Below are positions 30,508-42,007 of a stretch of DNA of 64,000 nucleotides, piece after piece (within the stretch, counting starts at the first letter, position 1; each line of letters begins with the position of its first letter). The notes beneath the pieces are model-generated. The model was not told the origin of the DNA. It was given only the letters and a program-made list of their open reading frames with translations, and searched no databases. The translations under genes and the position numbers were made by a program. The stretch is from the NCBI GenBank assembly GCA_965199855.1, contig OZ241326.1, positions 1,088,001-1,152,000 of the forward strand, given 5' to 3'. Origin of the DNA: a bacterium. Its GTDB lineage: Bacteria > UBA8248.

Positions 30508-31287
30508 TCAGGGGTTGCGCGCGGCTATCAGGCGAAGCCCCAGGAGGGTGAGGTCGGGGTTGATCAGGTCGAATACCTTCGCCTCTTCGCTGAAGACCAG
30601 GCTCTGCCCGCCCGTCGCGACCACTTTCGCCCCCTCTCCGAGTTCGGCCTTCATGCGGGCGACGATTTCCCGCACCAGGCCCCGGTATCCGTAGGCGATG
30701 CCGGACTGGATGCTGTGGACCGTGTTCTTTCCGATGACCGAGGGGGGAACGGCGGTTTCGACCCTGGGGAGCCGCGCCGTCCGGTCGATGAGCGCCTCCA
30801 GCGCGATTCCCAGGCCGGGCGAGATGGCGCCGCCCAGGTATTCCCCGGCGGCGGACACCGCGTCGAAGGTGATGGCCGTGCCGAAGTCCACGATGACGAG
30901 CGGCCCGCCGTAGAGATGGTGGCCGGCGGCGGCGTTGACGATTCTGTCCGCGCCCACCTCGCGGGGGTTGTCGTATTTTATGGCGATTCCGGTGCGCGTT
31001 CCCGGGCCGACGACCAGCGGCTTCGCGCCGAAATAGCGCTTCGCCATCTCCTCCAGGGTCGGCGCCAGGGGGGGAACGACGCTCGCTATGACCATGCGCC
31101 CCACGTCCGACATGCGGCGCCCCTCGACCCGAAACAGGCCCTCCATGAGAATGGCCAGCTCGTCCGTCGTGCGGCGCGCCACGGAGCCGAGCCTCCAGCT
31201 CGCGAGCAGCGCCTCCCCGTCGAAAAGCCCCACGACGGTCTGCGTGTTGCCCACGTCGATGGCCAGCAAGTGGCCGCCCCGGCTCAC
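30508..31287 (-). CDS. coaX: Type III pantothenate kinase
   Basis: AIDVGNT, VGADR, DFGTAITFD, GGAISPG and ATGG motifs. Confidence 0.95.
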   Translation of the reverse strand: MSRGGHLLAIDVGNTQTVVGLFDGEALLASWRLGSVARRTTDELAILMEGLFRVEGRRMSDVGRMVIASVVPPLAPTLEEMAKRYFGAKPLVVGPGTRTGIAIKYDNPREVGADRIVNAAAGHHLYGGPLVIVDFGTAITFDAVSAAGEYLGGAISPGLGIALEALIDRTARLPRVETAVPPSVIGKNTVHSIQSGIAYGYRGLVREIVARMKAELGEGAKVVATGGQSLVFSEEAKVFDLINPDLTLLGLRLIAARNP

Positions 31288-32051
31288 GCGCCCTCCACCT
31301 CGCCGGAATCCAGCCTCTCGACGGCGCCGTCCGCGGTCTCGAGCAGCAGGCGGCCCGCCTCGTCGACCCCCTTGGCCGTTCCGTTCATCTTCTTGTCCGG
31401 GAGGCGGACGGAGACGCTCTCGCCCAGGTGATCGCACAGGCGAAGCCAGCGCTTCCGGGCGGGGGCGAAGCCTTCCGCCTCATATTCCTCAAGCCGCGCG
31501 GCGATGCGCGCGAGAAGGACGCGCAGCAGGCGCGCCGCGTCGGGAACCCGCCCCCCCGCCAGAAGGAGGGAGGAGGCCGATTCGCGCAGCGCGGGGGGAA
31601 AATCGGCTTTGTCCGCCGCGAGGTTGACGCCGACGCCCGCGGCGACGGCCGGCGGCTCGCCGGGGAGGGCGGCGCATTCGCAGAGGATTCCCCCGATTTT
31701 TCTTTTTCCTATTCTCAGGTCGTTCGGCCATTTGAGCCCCACGCGGCGGCCCGCCGCCTCCTCGATGCCCTCGGCGACGGCGACGCCCAGGAGGAGCGTT
31801 ATGGCCTGCGGGACTTCCGTCCGGCGGGCGGGCCGGAGCAGCGCCGAGAAATACAGCCCGCCTCCGGGCGGGGAGAACCAGGCGCGTCCCCGCCTTCCCC
31901 TGCCCCGGGTCTGGGAGATCGCCCGGACGACGAGGCCCCCGGCCTCGCCTTTTCGCGCCCGCTCCAGAACCAGATCGTTGGTGGAAGCCGTCTCATGGAT
32001 GGTTTCGACGCGCCAGGCCGGCCCCCGCTCGCGCGCGGCGGTGGGGCGCAT
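31284..32051 (-). CDS. birA: Biotin--[acetyl-CoA-carboxylase] ligase (no HTH domain)
   Basis: STN, QTRGRGRRGRAW.SP, KWPND and KIGGIL motifs. Confidence 0.93.
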   Translation of the reverse strand: MRPTAARERGPAWRVETIHETASTNDLVLERARKGEAGGLVVRAISQTRGRGRRGRAWFSPPGGGLYFSALLRPARRTEVPQAITLLLGVAVAEGIEEAAGRRVGLKWPNDLRIGKRKIGGILCECAALPGEPPAVAAGVGVNLAADKADFPPALRESASSLLLAGGRVPDAARLLRVLLARIAARLEEYEAEGFAPARKRWLRLCDHLGESVSVRLPDKKMNGTAKGVDEAGRLLLETADGAVERLDSGEVEGA

Positions 32052-34673
<2,622 letters not shown>

Positions 34674-34676
34674 GGG

Positions 34677-35408
34677 CTATTCTCCGCGTTTGATTTTTTC
34701 GATTTCCCGCAGAACGATTCGCTCCATCAGGTCGGGAAGGCGGGCGACCACGACGGCCTCGACGCGGCCCAGCAGGGCGGGGACGGCTTTTTCGATGTTT
34801 TCCTCCAGAAGTTTCCGGATGGCGGGAGCGAGAGCCGCGGCGTCGAGCGCGGGCGGCTCCTCCTTCCCCCCGGCGGGGTCTTTCGCTTCCGGGCGGCTCT
34901 CCTCCGGCGGGGGAGACCCGGGCCGCTCCGCCGCGCCGGCCGCGGGCGGCGGGGATTCCTCCAGGATTTCCTCGATCATCGCCTCCTCCAGGGAGTCCGA
35001 ACCCTCCCGCTCCCAGGCCCCGGGCGCGGGCGCCGCGCCCCCCCCGGCGATGAGGCGCTCCACCTCCCTCGTGAACGTCTCCGGCCTGAAGGGCTTCTCG
35101 ACGCGCCCGGCGGCGCCGACCTCCGCGATTTCCGCGTCGCTGAGCGCCCTGCGCGCGCTCGTCAGGATGAGAAGGGGCGTCCGGGAGAACTCCGGCCTCT
35201 CGCGCAGGCGGCGGCAGAACGCCAGGCCGTCGGAGCGCTCCATGTCCACGCTGACGACGAAGGCGTCCAGCGGCGTCGTCTCCGCCATGGTGAGGGCCGC
35301 GTCGGCGCTCTCCGCCGCGTGGACGTGGATTCTCCTGCCCCTGAAGGCCAGCTCCGCGACGCGCTGAACCAGAAGGCTCTCTTCGAGTAGAAGCAGGTTG
35401 GTCGCCAT
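34677..35408 (-). CDS. Atypical receiver-domain protein with Pro/Glu-rich linker and helical C-tail (RomR/PopZ-like)
   Basis: Receiver fold (DGLAFCRRLR, TPLLILT, KPF) lacking the canonical Asp residues; C-terminal LPDLMERIVLREIEKIK. Confidence 0.7.
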   Translation of the reverse strand: MATNLLLLEESLLVQRVAELAFRGRRIHVHAAESADAALTMAETTPLDAFVVSVDMERSDGLAFCRRLRERPEFSRTPLLILTSARRALSDAEIAEVGAAGRVEKPFRPETFTREVERLIAGGGAAPAPGAWEREGSDSLEEAMIEEILEESPPPAAGAAERPGSPPPEESRPEAKDPAGGKEEPPALDAAALAPAIRKLLEENIEKAVPALLGRVEAVVVARLPDLMERIVLREIEKIKRGE

Positions 35409-35531
35409 GCGTCGGTCCTCGTCCGGGCGTCCGCTCGATGAGCCGGAGAGAGGAGAGAGAATTCGCGTTCAGGCGCCCTTTGGGGACGCCTGCGCGCTCT
35501 TGTGCCGGTCGGGCCGCTCCGCATCATGCCA

Positions 35532-36632
35532 TTACCGCGATTCGCGGGTCAACCGCGTCCGCCCTCCGCGCCGGTAGCGGCGGACGGCGCGGCGGTGCTC
35601 TCGGTAGGTGCGCGAGAATTGATGGCCGCCGTTTCGGGTCGCCACGAAATACAGGTATTTCACCTTGGCGGGATGGAGGGCCGACTTGATGGACGCGAGC
35701 CCCGGGCTCGCGATCGGCCCCGGGGGAAGCCCCCGGTAGAGGTAGGTGTTGTAGGGAGAATCGTGGCGCAAGTCCTTTTTCGTAAGATTTCCGTCGAAGC
35801 GGGGCAGCCCGTAGATGACGGTGGGGTCGCTTTGAAGGCGCATTCTTCGCTTGAGGCGGTTGATGAATACGGCCGCGACGAGGGGGCGCTCGCTGTCCAG
35901 CGCGGTTTCCTTCTCGATGATCGAGGCCAGCGTGAGCGCCTGGTGGACGGTGAAGCCCATCGCCTTCGCCCGCCGCTTGAGCGCGGGCGTGAACTTTCTC
36001 CTCATGGTGAGAGCCATGGCTCCCAGAATCTTTCCGGCCTCGACTCCCTCCGGGAAGCGATACGTGTCGGGGAAGAGATACCCCTCCAGGGAGTCCGCCG
36101 GAATCCGCAGCTCCCGAAGGAGGGAAGCGTCCCGCGAAAGCCGCAGAACCTCCTCCTCGCCGGCGAGCCCCGCGCGGCGAATCGCCCTCGCGATTTCCCT
36201 GACGCCGTAGCCCTCGGGAATGGAGAGCGTTCGCCGGGCGACCTCTCCCCCGGAGAGGCGGCGGTATATCTCCCGCGGCGGCATGGACGCCTTGAGCGCA
36301 TAGACGCCCGCCTGAACGCTTCTCGCCCCACCCCTCAGCCGCGCCTGAAGGTGAAACAGGAGGGGGCTGCGGATGAGGCCGTTTGTCTCCAGGAGGCCGA
36401 GAATCTGTCCGAAGGACATGCCGGGGCGGACGTGGATTCGCCTCGCCCGCTCCGCCTGCGGGTCGGCGGGCCGGCCGAAGTCGCTCTCCAGGTATAGGTA
36501 GCCGACGAGGAGGGCGCACAGGCCCGCGAGCGAGAAAAGCCCCGCCCGGAGCTTTCCGCGCCGCCCGCGTCCTCCGGCGTCCGCCGCCGGCTCGCGTCCG
36601 CCGCCTTCCTTCGGGGGCGCGCTTTCGCTCAT
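35532..36632 (-). CDS. mltG: Endolytic transglycosylase MltG
   Basis: LEGYLFPDTY, LASIIEKET, LQSDPTVIY and SPYNTY..GLPPGPI motifs. Confidence 0.95.
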   Translation of the reverse strand: MSESAPPKEGGGREPAADAGGRGRRGKLRAGLFSLAGLCALLVGYLYLESDFGRPADPQAERARRIHVRPGMSFGQILGLLETNGLIRSPLLFHLQARLRGGARSVQAGVYALKASMPPREIYRRLSGGEVARRTLSIPEGYGVREIARAIRRAGLAGEEEVLRLSRDASLLRELRIPADSLEGYLFPDTYRFPEGVEAGKILGAMALTMRRKFTPALKRRAKAMGFTVHQALTLASIIEKETALDSERPLVAAVFINRLKRRMRLQSDPTVIYGLPRFDGNLTKKDLRHDSPYNTYLYRGLPPGPIASPGLASIKSALHPAKVKYLYFVATRNGGHQFSRTYREHRRAVRRYRRGGRTRLTRESR

Positions 36633-37069
36633 GGGGAGACCGGACGCCGCGCTCTTTGGCGATCCAGGTAGGTCTGAAGGATGAGCTGCGCCGCGATGAC
36701 GTCGCGCCTCTCCTTCTTCCTGCCGGGCTTCGTTCCGGTTTCGTTCAGAACGCGCTCCGCCTGCGCCGTGCTGAGCCGCTCGTCCCACTTCCTGACGGAA
36801 ACCTCGAGATGGCTCCGCAGCAGCCTTATCAGGCTTCTCGCGCGCTTCGCCCGCGCCGTGTCCCGGTTCGAGAGGCCGACGGGGTGGCCCACCACTACCA
36901 GCCGAACCTCATGCTCCCGGACGACGCCGCGCACATCCTCCACCAGCTGGCGGTCGCTTCGCCTTTCGATGAGGCCGAGCGGCTGGGAGGTCAGCCCCAG
37001 GGAGTCGCTGATGGCGAGCCCCACGCGCTTCTCGCCAAAGTCCATTCCCAGAACGCGGGGACGGCTCAT
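36629..37069 (-). CDS. ruvX: Holliday junction resolvase-like RuvX/YqgF
   Basis: LGMDFGEKRVGLAISD, WDERLST and D.IAA.LILQ motifs. Confidence 0.93.
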   Translation of the reverse strand: MSRPRVLGMDFGEKRVGLAISDSLGLTSQPLGLIERRSDRQLVEDVRGVVREHEVRLVVVGHPVGLSNRDTARAKRARSLIRLLRSHLEVSVRKWDERLSTAQAERVLNETGTKPGRKKERRDVIAAQLILQTYLDRQRARRPVSP

Positions 37070-38709
37070 TTTTCGGCTGGCTTCGTCCGGGCGTCGTCGG
37101 GACGGGGCATTTCAATCCGGAACCGCTCGAGGGTGGAGTGCGTCGCCCTGTCCAGCGAGGCGAGGGATTTGTGATAGTCGATGAGGGCGCGGGTCTCCTG
37201 CGTGAGCGCGTTGGCGAGGGCCTCCTGATCCTCGAGAATGTCTCTGCTCGTCGAGAGGCCGACCTTGAATTTCTTCTCCTGGGCGTCGAGGCGCTCCTCG
37301 GCCAGCCTCCTGGCGACGCGCGTGGCCTCTATGCGCTTGACGTCCACGCGAACCCGGCGCGCGGCGCGCCGGACCGCCTCCATGACGGCCTGCCGCTTCT
37401 GGTGATAGGAGGCGATCGTCCGCGCGTGTCTGAGCCGCGCCTGGCGGTAGCTCGCCTCCGCCGCCCTGTTCCCGAGGGGGATGCGGAACGAGAGGCCGCC
37501 GGAGAGGGAGTATCCGTCGTCCTCGAACTGCTCGCTCAGCGCCCTCCCGCCGCTCCGCGCGAGAGAGTTGCTGGAGGCGGAGGCGCTCAGGTCGAGCTCT
37601 GGCAGCAGGTTCCGCTTCGCCGCCTTCATGTCGATCCTTCTTTTTTCGATTTCGATGCGGGCGCTCTCCAGGTCCGCGCGCGCGCGCAGCGCCCCGAGCG
37701 TGAGCCGCGTCTCGTCCACCTTGACGGCCTTGAACGCCGGCTTGTCGGTCGGCAGGATGCTGACGCCCCAGGAGGAGGGGTCGTCCGTCACGTTCAGGAG
37801 CATCTTCAGGGCGTCTTCGCGATCCTTCACCTCGCGCTCCGCCACGAGAAGGGCTTCTTCCCGGGAGGCGACGGTGGCCTGGGCTTCCGTGATCTCTATC
37901 GGCGCGAGGGTGCCGACCTCGACCTGAATCCTGTTTCTTCGCAGCAGATCCTTGGCGAGGCCGAGGGATTTTCGCCGGAACTGCAGGTTCTGGATGGAGA
38001 AGACGAGATCCCAGTAGGCCTGTTCGACGGCGTCCACCGTCTCGATGACCCTGCTTCGGTAGGCGTGGAGCGTCTGCTCCCTCGACGCCGCGGCCACCCG
38101 TATTCTCGCCTCGTTGAAATCGACGCCGAAGTTCCTGAGCAGAGGCTGTCTGATGGTGAAGGTGAGGCCGGTGCGAAAATTCGGATTGAAGGAGTTCTGC
38201 GGGGAGTTCGTCGATTCCCGGACGCCCTCGAAGATGAGCGAATACTCCGCGCCCGTGACGATCCTCCGGCGGATGCCGCCCGACGCCGACTGGGCGCTCG
38301 TCGTCAGGCCCTCCCCCGCCGTGAACAGCCGGCTCGCCGTGTCGAGCCTGGATTTTCTCGCGGAGACGTCCGCCACGGCGGCCGGATCGAACGCGGCGCG
38401 CTCCCTGACGACTTCGCTTTCCGCGATGGGGGGGGCGAACCCGGCGATGGTGATGTCGAAATTGCGCGCGAGGGCGAGGCTCACGGCCTCCCGCGCGGAC
38501 AGCGCCAGGCGGGGGCCCTTGACGATCGGCGGCGGCACGCCGCTGCGCGGCCGCTCGAAGGACGCTTCCCCGGGAATTTTCGCGGGAGCTTCCTCCGACG
38601 CGGCGCCGGGCTTCGGCGCGGGGGCCGCCCCGGCGAGAAAGGGGGTCGGCGCCGTGAGGAGGATGGCGAGCGCGGCGATGCGGGAGAAGAAGCATCCGGG
38701 CGGTTTCAT
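37066..38709 (-). CDS. TolC family outer membrane protein
   Basis: Signal peptide; QPLLRNFG, VEQAYWDL and F.VGLSTS motifs; start reset to ATG 38709. Confidence 0.88.
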   Translation of the reverse strand: MKPPGCFFSRIAALAILLTAPTPFLAGAAPAPKPGAASEEAPAKIPGEASFERPRSGVPPPIVKGPRLALSAREAVSLALARNFDITIAGFAPPIAESEVVRERAAFDPAAVADVSARKSRLDTASRLFTAGEGLTTSAQSASGGIRRRIVTGAEYSLIFEGVRESTNSPQNSFNPNFRTGLTFTIRQPLLRNFGVDFNEARIRVAAASREQTLHAYRSRVIETVDAVEQAYWDLVFSIQNLQFRRKSLGLAKDLLRRNRIQVEVGTLAPIEITEAQATVASREEALLVAEREVKDREDALKMLLNVTDDPSSWGVSILPTDKPAFKAVKVDETRLTLGALRARADLESARIEIEKRRIDMKAAKRNLLPELDLSASASSNSLARSGGRALSEQFEDDGYSLSGGLSFRIPLGNRAAEASYRQARLRHARTIASYHQKRQAVMEAVRRAARRVRVDVKRIEATRVARRLAEERLDAQEKKFKVGLSTSRDILEDQEALANALTQETRALIDYHKSLASLDRATHSTLERFRIEMPRPDDARTKPAEK

Positions 38710-39003
38710 AAAAATCCTCGCTCCGCTTTTCCGATGGCGCGTCCCTTGAAGCTCCTTTGACGCGGGTCGGGACGGCGCTTCCATTTTCGCGGCCGCCTGC
38801 GGCTCCATATTACTCGCGCGGCGATGAAAAAGGAAACGGATTCCGGCTTCCGGTCCGCGGCGCTTCCCGCAAACGAGGGAGACGGGGCGAGCCGCTTCGT
38901 TTCTTGCGCGATGGCGCGGCGCTCTGCTAGAAGTGTTCCCGCGAGAGACATCGGCGGCGCGGCCGCTTTCCGCAGGGCGCGATTCTTCCGGGGTGGGCGA
39001 TCG

Positions 39004-39936
39004 GTGGAAGTTTTTGAGGGGGTGGACGCCTACGACGGCGAAAGCTCCCCCTCGATATTGAGCATCGGAAATTTCGACGGCGTTCATCTCGCTCATCGGG
39101 AGATTTGCCGGCTCCTCCGGGAAGAGGCCGCTCGGCGCGGCGGCAGAAGCGTGATATTGACGTTTCATCCGCACCCGCTCTCCGTCGTCGCTCCCGAAAG
39201 GCAGCCCCCCCTGATGACGACCCTGGAGGAGAAGCTGGCGCGCCTGGAGGCGCAGAACGTCGACGCCGTGGTGATCGAGAAGTTCACGCCGCGCCTGGCG
39301 CGAACCGGGGCGGGGGACTTCGCGCGGCGGATCGTCGGCGAGGGGCTCCGCGCCTCGCTGGTGGTCATCGGCTTCAACTTCCGCTTCGGGAAGGGGCGCG
39401 CGGGAAACGTCGAGCTGCTGCGGCGCGAGGGGGCGAACGCCGGGTTCGAGACGCGCGCGCTGGAGCCTTTCATGTTCGAGGGCAGGCGCGTGAGCAGCAC
39501 GGAAATACGAAAGCTGCTGCTGGGCGGAGAAGTGGAGGAGGCTGCGCGCCTTCTCGCGCGGCGCCACCTGATAGAGGGGAGGGTGGCGCGGGGCGACGGA
39601 CGCGGCCGCCGAATCGGCGTCCCGACGGCGAACGTGGACTATCCCCCCGTCCTGATTCCCGAGAACGGGGTCTATGCCTGCTGGGCGCAGATCGAGGGAA
39701 GGGAGAGCCTGCGGCGTCCCGCCGTGACGAACGTCGGAACCCGCCCCACGTTCGGCGCGAAGGGGCGGACGATCGAGGCCCATCTGCTGGACTGGGAGGG
39801 AGACCTTTACGGAAAGCCGCTTCGGGTGGAGTTCGTCTCCCGCCTGCGCGAGGAGAGGAAGTTCTCGGGCCCCGAGGAGCTCGTCGCGCAGATTCGCCTC
39901 GATATCGAGAATGGCCGGAAAAAACTGAACGCCTAG
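39004..39936 (+). CDS. ribF: Bifunctional riboflavin kinase/FAD synthetase
   Basis: IGNFDGVHLAH, TFHPHP, VSSTEIR, G.PTAN and NVGTRPTF motifs. Confidence 0.96.
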   Translation: MEVFEGVDAYDGESSPSILSIGNFDGVHLAHREICRLLREEAARRGGRSVILTFHPHPLSVVAPERQPPLMTTLEEKLARLEAQNVDAVVIEKFTPRLARTGAGDFARRIVGEGLRASLVVIGFNFRFGKGRAGNVELLRREGANAGFETRALEPFMFEGRRVSSTEIRKLLLGGEVEEAARLLARRHLIEGRVARGDGRGRRIGVPTANVDYPPVLIPENGVYACWAQIEGRESLRRPAVTNVGTRPTFGAKGRTIEAHLLDWEGDLYGKPLRVEFVSRLREERKFSGPEELVAQIRLDIENGRKKLNA

Positions 39937-40559
39937 GCGAGAAGCCCTCTCAGTCCGTCGTAGAGGAAGAACGCCCCGAACCCGCACATGGCCCACGCGC
40001 AGCCCCGCTCGATTCTCCTCCATCCGGCCTCGCCGATCATCCGGCTCCCCCGGTTCGACGACCAGGTGATGAGGAGGGCCCATGCGGCGTCCGCCAGCAG
40101 GTGGACGGCGATCATCCCCGCCAGGCCGGCCAGCCACCCGAATTCGTCCGTTCTCGCAATGAGGCCGGCGCCGACGGTGAGCCACCACAGAACCCAGTAG
40201 GGGTTCAGCGCGGTGAGCGCGGCGCCGCCGGCGAGGGCGCTCCGCTGACGCATCCTCTCTCCCCCGGAGGGCGAGGCGCGGGAACTCCCGAACGCGCCGC
40301 GTCCCAGATAGAGGAGCGCGGCGCCGCCCGCCAGAGCGACGCCCTCGCGCGTCCCCGGCGTCTCGAGGAAGGGCTGAAGACCCATGAACAGGGCGAGGAT
40401 GAGCGGAATTTCGGCCAGGGCGTGTCCGAGGGTAATCCAGACGCCGGCCCACGGGCTTTCCCTGCCCCGCATGATGAGCAGCGCGGTGAGGGGGCCCGGC
40501 GACATGACGCCGCTCAGGGAAATGGCGAGGATGAACCCGTAGAAGGCGAGCAGGCTCAT
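39933..40559 (-). CDS. LysE family transporter
   Basis: SGVMSPGP, GHALAE and NPYWVLWW motifs; hydrophobic. Confidence 0.85.
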   Translation of the reverse strand: MSLLAFYGFILAISLSGVMSPGPLTALLIMRGRESPWAGVWITLGHALAEIPLILALFMGLQPFLETPGTREGVALAGGAALLYLGRGAFGSSRASPSGGERMRQRSALAGGAALTALNPYWVLWWLTVGAGLIARTDEFGWLAGLAGMIAVHLLADAAWALLITWSSNRGSRMIGEAGWRRIERGCAWAMCGFGAFFLYDGLRGLLA

Positions 40560-40801
40560 GGCTTCGCCGCGTCCTCGGCGAGCAGACGGCGCAGCCGCCC
40601 GGCGTCCAGGTGAAACTTGAAAGCCTTTGTCGCGCCCAGGTAGCCGACGGGCACCTCCTCGCCGTGCAGGCGCGCCAGTTCCGGGCTGGCGTCCACGTCG
40701 ATTTCCTCGACGGCGAGGTCGGGAAAGCGCAGCCGCAGCGCCGCTTTCGCCTCCTCGCACAGATGGCACGCGCTTCGGGTGTAGAGGGTGAGCTTTCGCA
40801 T
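40556..40801 (-). CDS. Glutaredoxin-like protein (DUF836 type)
   Basis: LYTRSACHLC CxxC motif and EEVPV. Confidence 0.85.
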   Translation of the reverse strand: MRKLTLYTRSACHLCEEAKAALRLRFPDLAVEEIDVDASPELARLHGEEVPVGYLGATKAFKFHLDAGRLRRLLAEDAAKP

Positions 40802-40865
40802 GGTCTGAAAGTCCGCTTCGGGTTCGGGGGCGTTTTCGGGCCGCCCGATGATAGCAGACGCCCGC

Positions 40866-41363
40866 GCGGGCGGCTCCCGAACCACCCGCGCGCCCGTCGA
40901 ACGGATTGCTTTCGTAGGGACAACCCCCTGTGGTTGTCCGTCATTGAGGATGGGGAACGATCACAATCCCCTGGATTCCGGCCTTCGCCGGAATGATGAC
41001 GGGGCGAAAATGGTTTTGTAGGGGCGGTTCGTGAACCGCCCGTTTGGGGTGGTCGCCCATGGACGCCGGTTCCGTAAAAGCGGGCCCCAAGACCGCCCGT
41101 TTTCAAGAACGATTCGCATCGGAGGCAGCGGGGCGTTCCCGAACGCTCCCTACGGGTTGCGCGTCGTCGAGATGCGAACGCGGTGCCGGACAACCACAGG
41201 GGGTCGTCCCTGCGAAATGATGAAGCCCGCGCCCCGCGCCGAACGACGGGCGGGGCGCATATATGCGCCCCCTACGGAACCGTCGCCAACCCCTGGGCGG
41301 GCGGTTCACGAATTGTGGGGCGACCCCGGGGAGGGGGCGTCCCTACGGAACCGTCGCCAACCC
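40866..41363. repeat. Mosaic cluster of REP-like palindromic elements
   Basis: GTAG-headed hairpins such as GTAGGGGCGGTTCGTGAACCGCCC 41018-41041; 30 bp inverted repeat 40911-40940/41187-41216 (2 mismatches); 23 bp direct repeat 41270-41292/41341-41363; CTGGATTCCGGCCTTCGCCGGAATGA 40971-40996. Confidence 0.75.
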
Positions 41364-41720
41364 GCAAACGGGACGCATGAATGAAAACGCCCGCGGCGTC
41401 CCGTCCCGCGCCGGAGAATTCGCCGGGCGGAGGCGTTTCCCCGGGCGTTTGAAGAAGAACCGCCCGCGCCGAAAAGCCGCGCGTGAATGTCTGCGAATTT
41501 CTGCAAAATCAGACAAATTCACGGCCTTATCCCGCAAATAGGGAGCTGTTTTCCACCTTTTAGAGACCCCTTTGACGACCCTTTGACCATTCCGCCCGGC
41601 CCCGGTTCTCCCGCCTTCTTTCCCCTCCGGAGGCGCACTCCCGCCGCATCTGAAATATAACCCGGCCTAGCCCCGCCGCCGCCTCGCAAATGCGGGCAAA
41701 TGCGGGCAGACGCGCGCGAT

Positions 41721-41736
41721 TGTTCCACGTGGAACA
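41721..41736. other. parS centromere-like site (ParB binding)
   Basis: Perfect palindrome TGTTCCACGTGGAACA, extending to 20 bp at 41719-41738, matching the widespread parS consensus; intergenic. Confidence 0.85.
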
Positions 41737-41818
41737 ATTTGAGGGGCGCGCCGGGCGGATTTCCGGCGCGCTTCGGGGAGACATGGGGGGATGTATTCGG
41801 ATTCATCGCCCCGAATCC

Positions 41819-41847
41819 TTGACAACGCGCTCGCCCCGATATAGGAA
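41819..41847 (+). promoter_or_regulatory. Probable promoter of tRNA-Leu
   Basis: Perfect TTGACA 41819-41824; the -10 element is weaker. Confidence 0.45.
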
Positions 41848-41866
41848 ATGACTGCCGAATCTTCTC

Positions 41867-41950
41867 GCCGGAGTGGCGGAACTGGTAGACGCGCTAGATT
41901 CAGGTTCTAGTGGGCTTCGGCCCGTGGAGGTTCAAGTCCTCTCTCCGGCA
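41867..41950 (+). tRNA. tRNA-Leu(CAG)
   Basis: Acceptor stem GCCGGAG/CTCCGGC, D-loop with GG, anticodon arm CTAGA-TTCAGGT-TCTAG, long variable arm, GGTTCAAGTCC T-arm; CCA not encoded. Confidence 0.96.
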
Positions 41951-42007
41951 CAATCAAAAACCGGACGAACCGCGCCGCGGGTTCGCGCTTCCGCTTCGAG
42001 AGACCGC

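Noticed and set aside
40556-40801. Glutaredoxin (and the IscA at 50141-50524) as further selenoproteins
   Set aside because: Redox motifs are encoded by Cys codons; their TGA stops fall at the normal family ends
38710-41193. N-terminal 828 aa of the 1375-aa ORF
   Set aside because: Overlaps ribF, LysE, glutaredoxin and REP DNA; only 37066-38709 is TolC-like
41270-41363. 23 bp direct repeats as a possible CRISPR array
   Set aside because: Only two copies, embedded in REP ends, and no cas genes
41370-41820. Possible structured ncRNA (RNase P, SRP, tmRNA, 6S) in the long intergenic gap
   Set aside because: No signature sequences recognised by eye; an Infernal/Rfam scan would be needed to exclude it
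41873-42007. N-terminal extension of the M16 peptidase ORF
   Set aside because: It is the tRNA-Leu sequence read in frame
41867-42007. tRNA-Leu as an island integration site
   Set aside because: No integrase and no duplicated tRNA 3' end seen in the window
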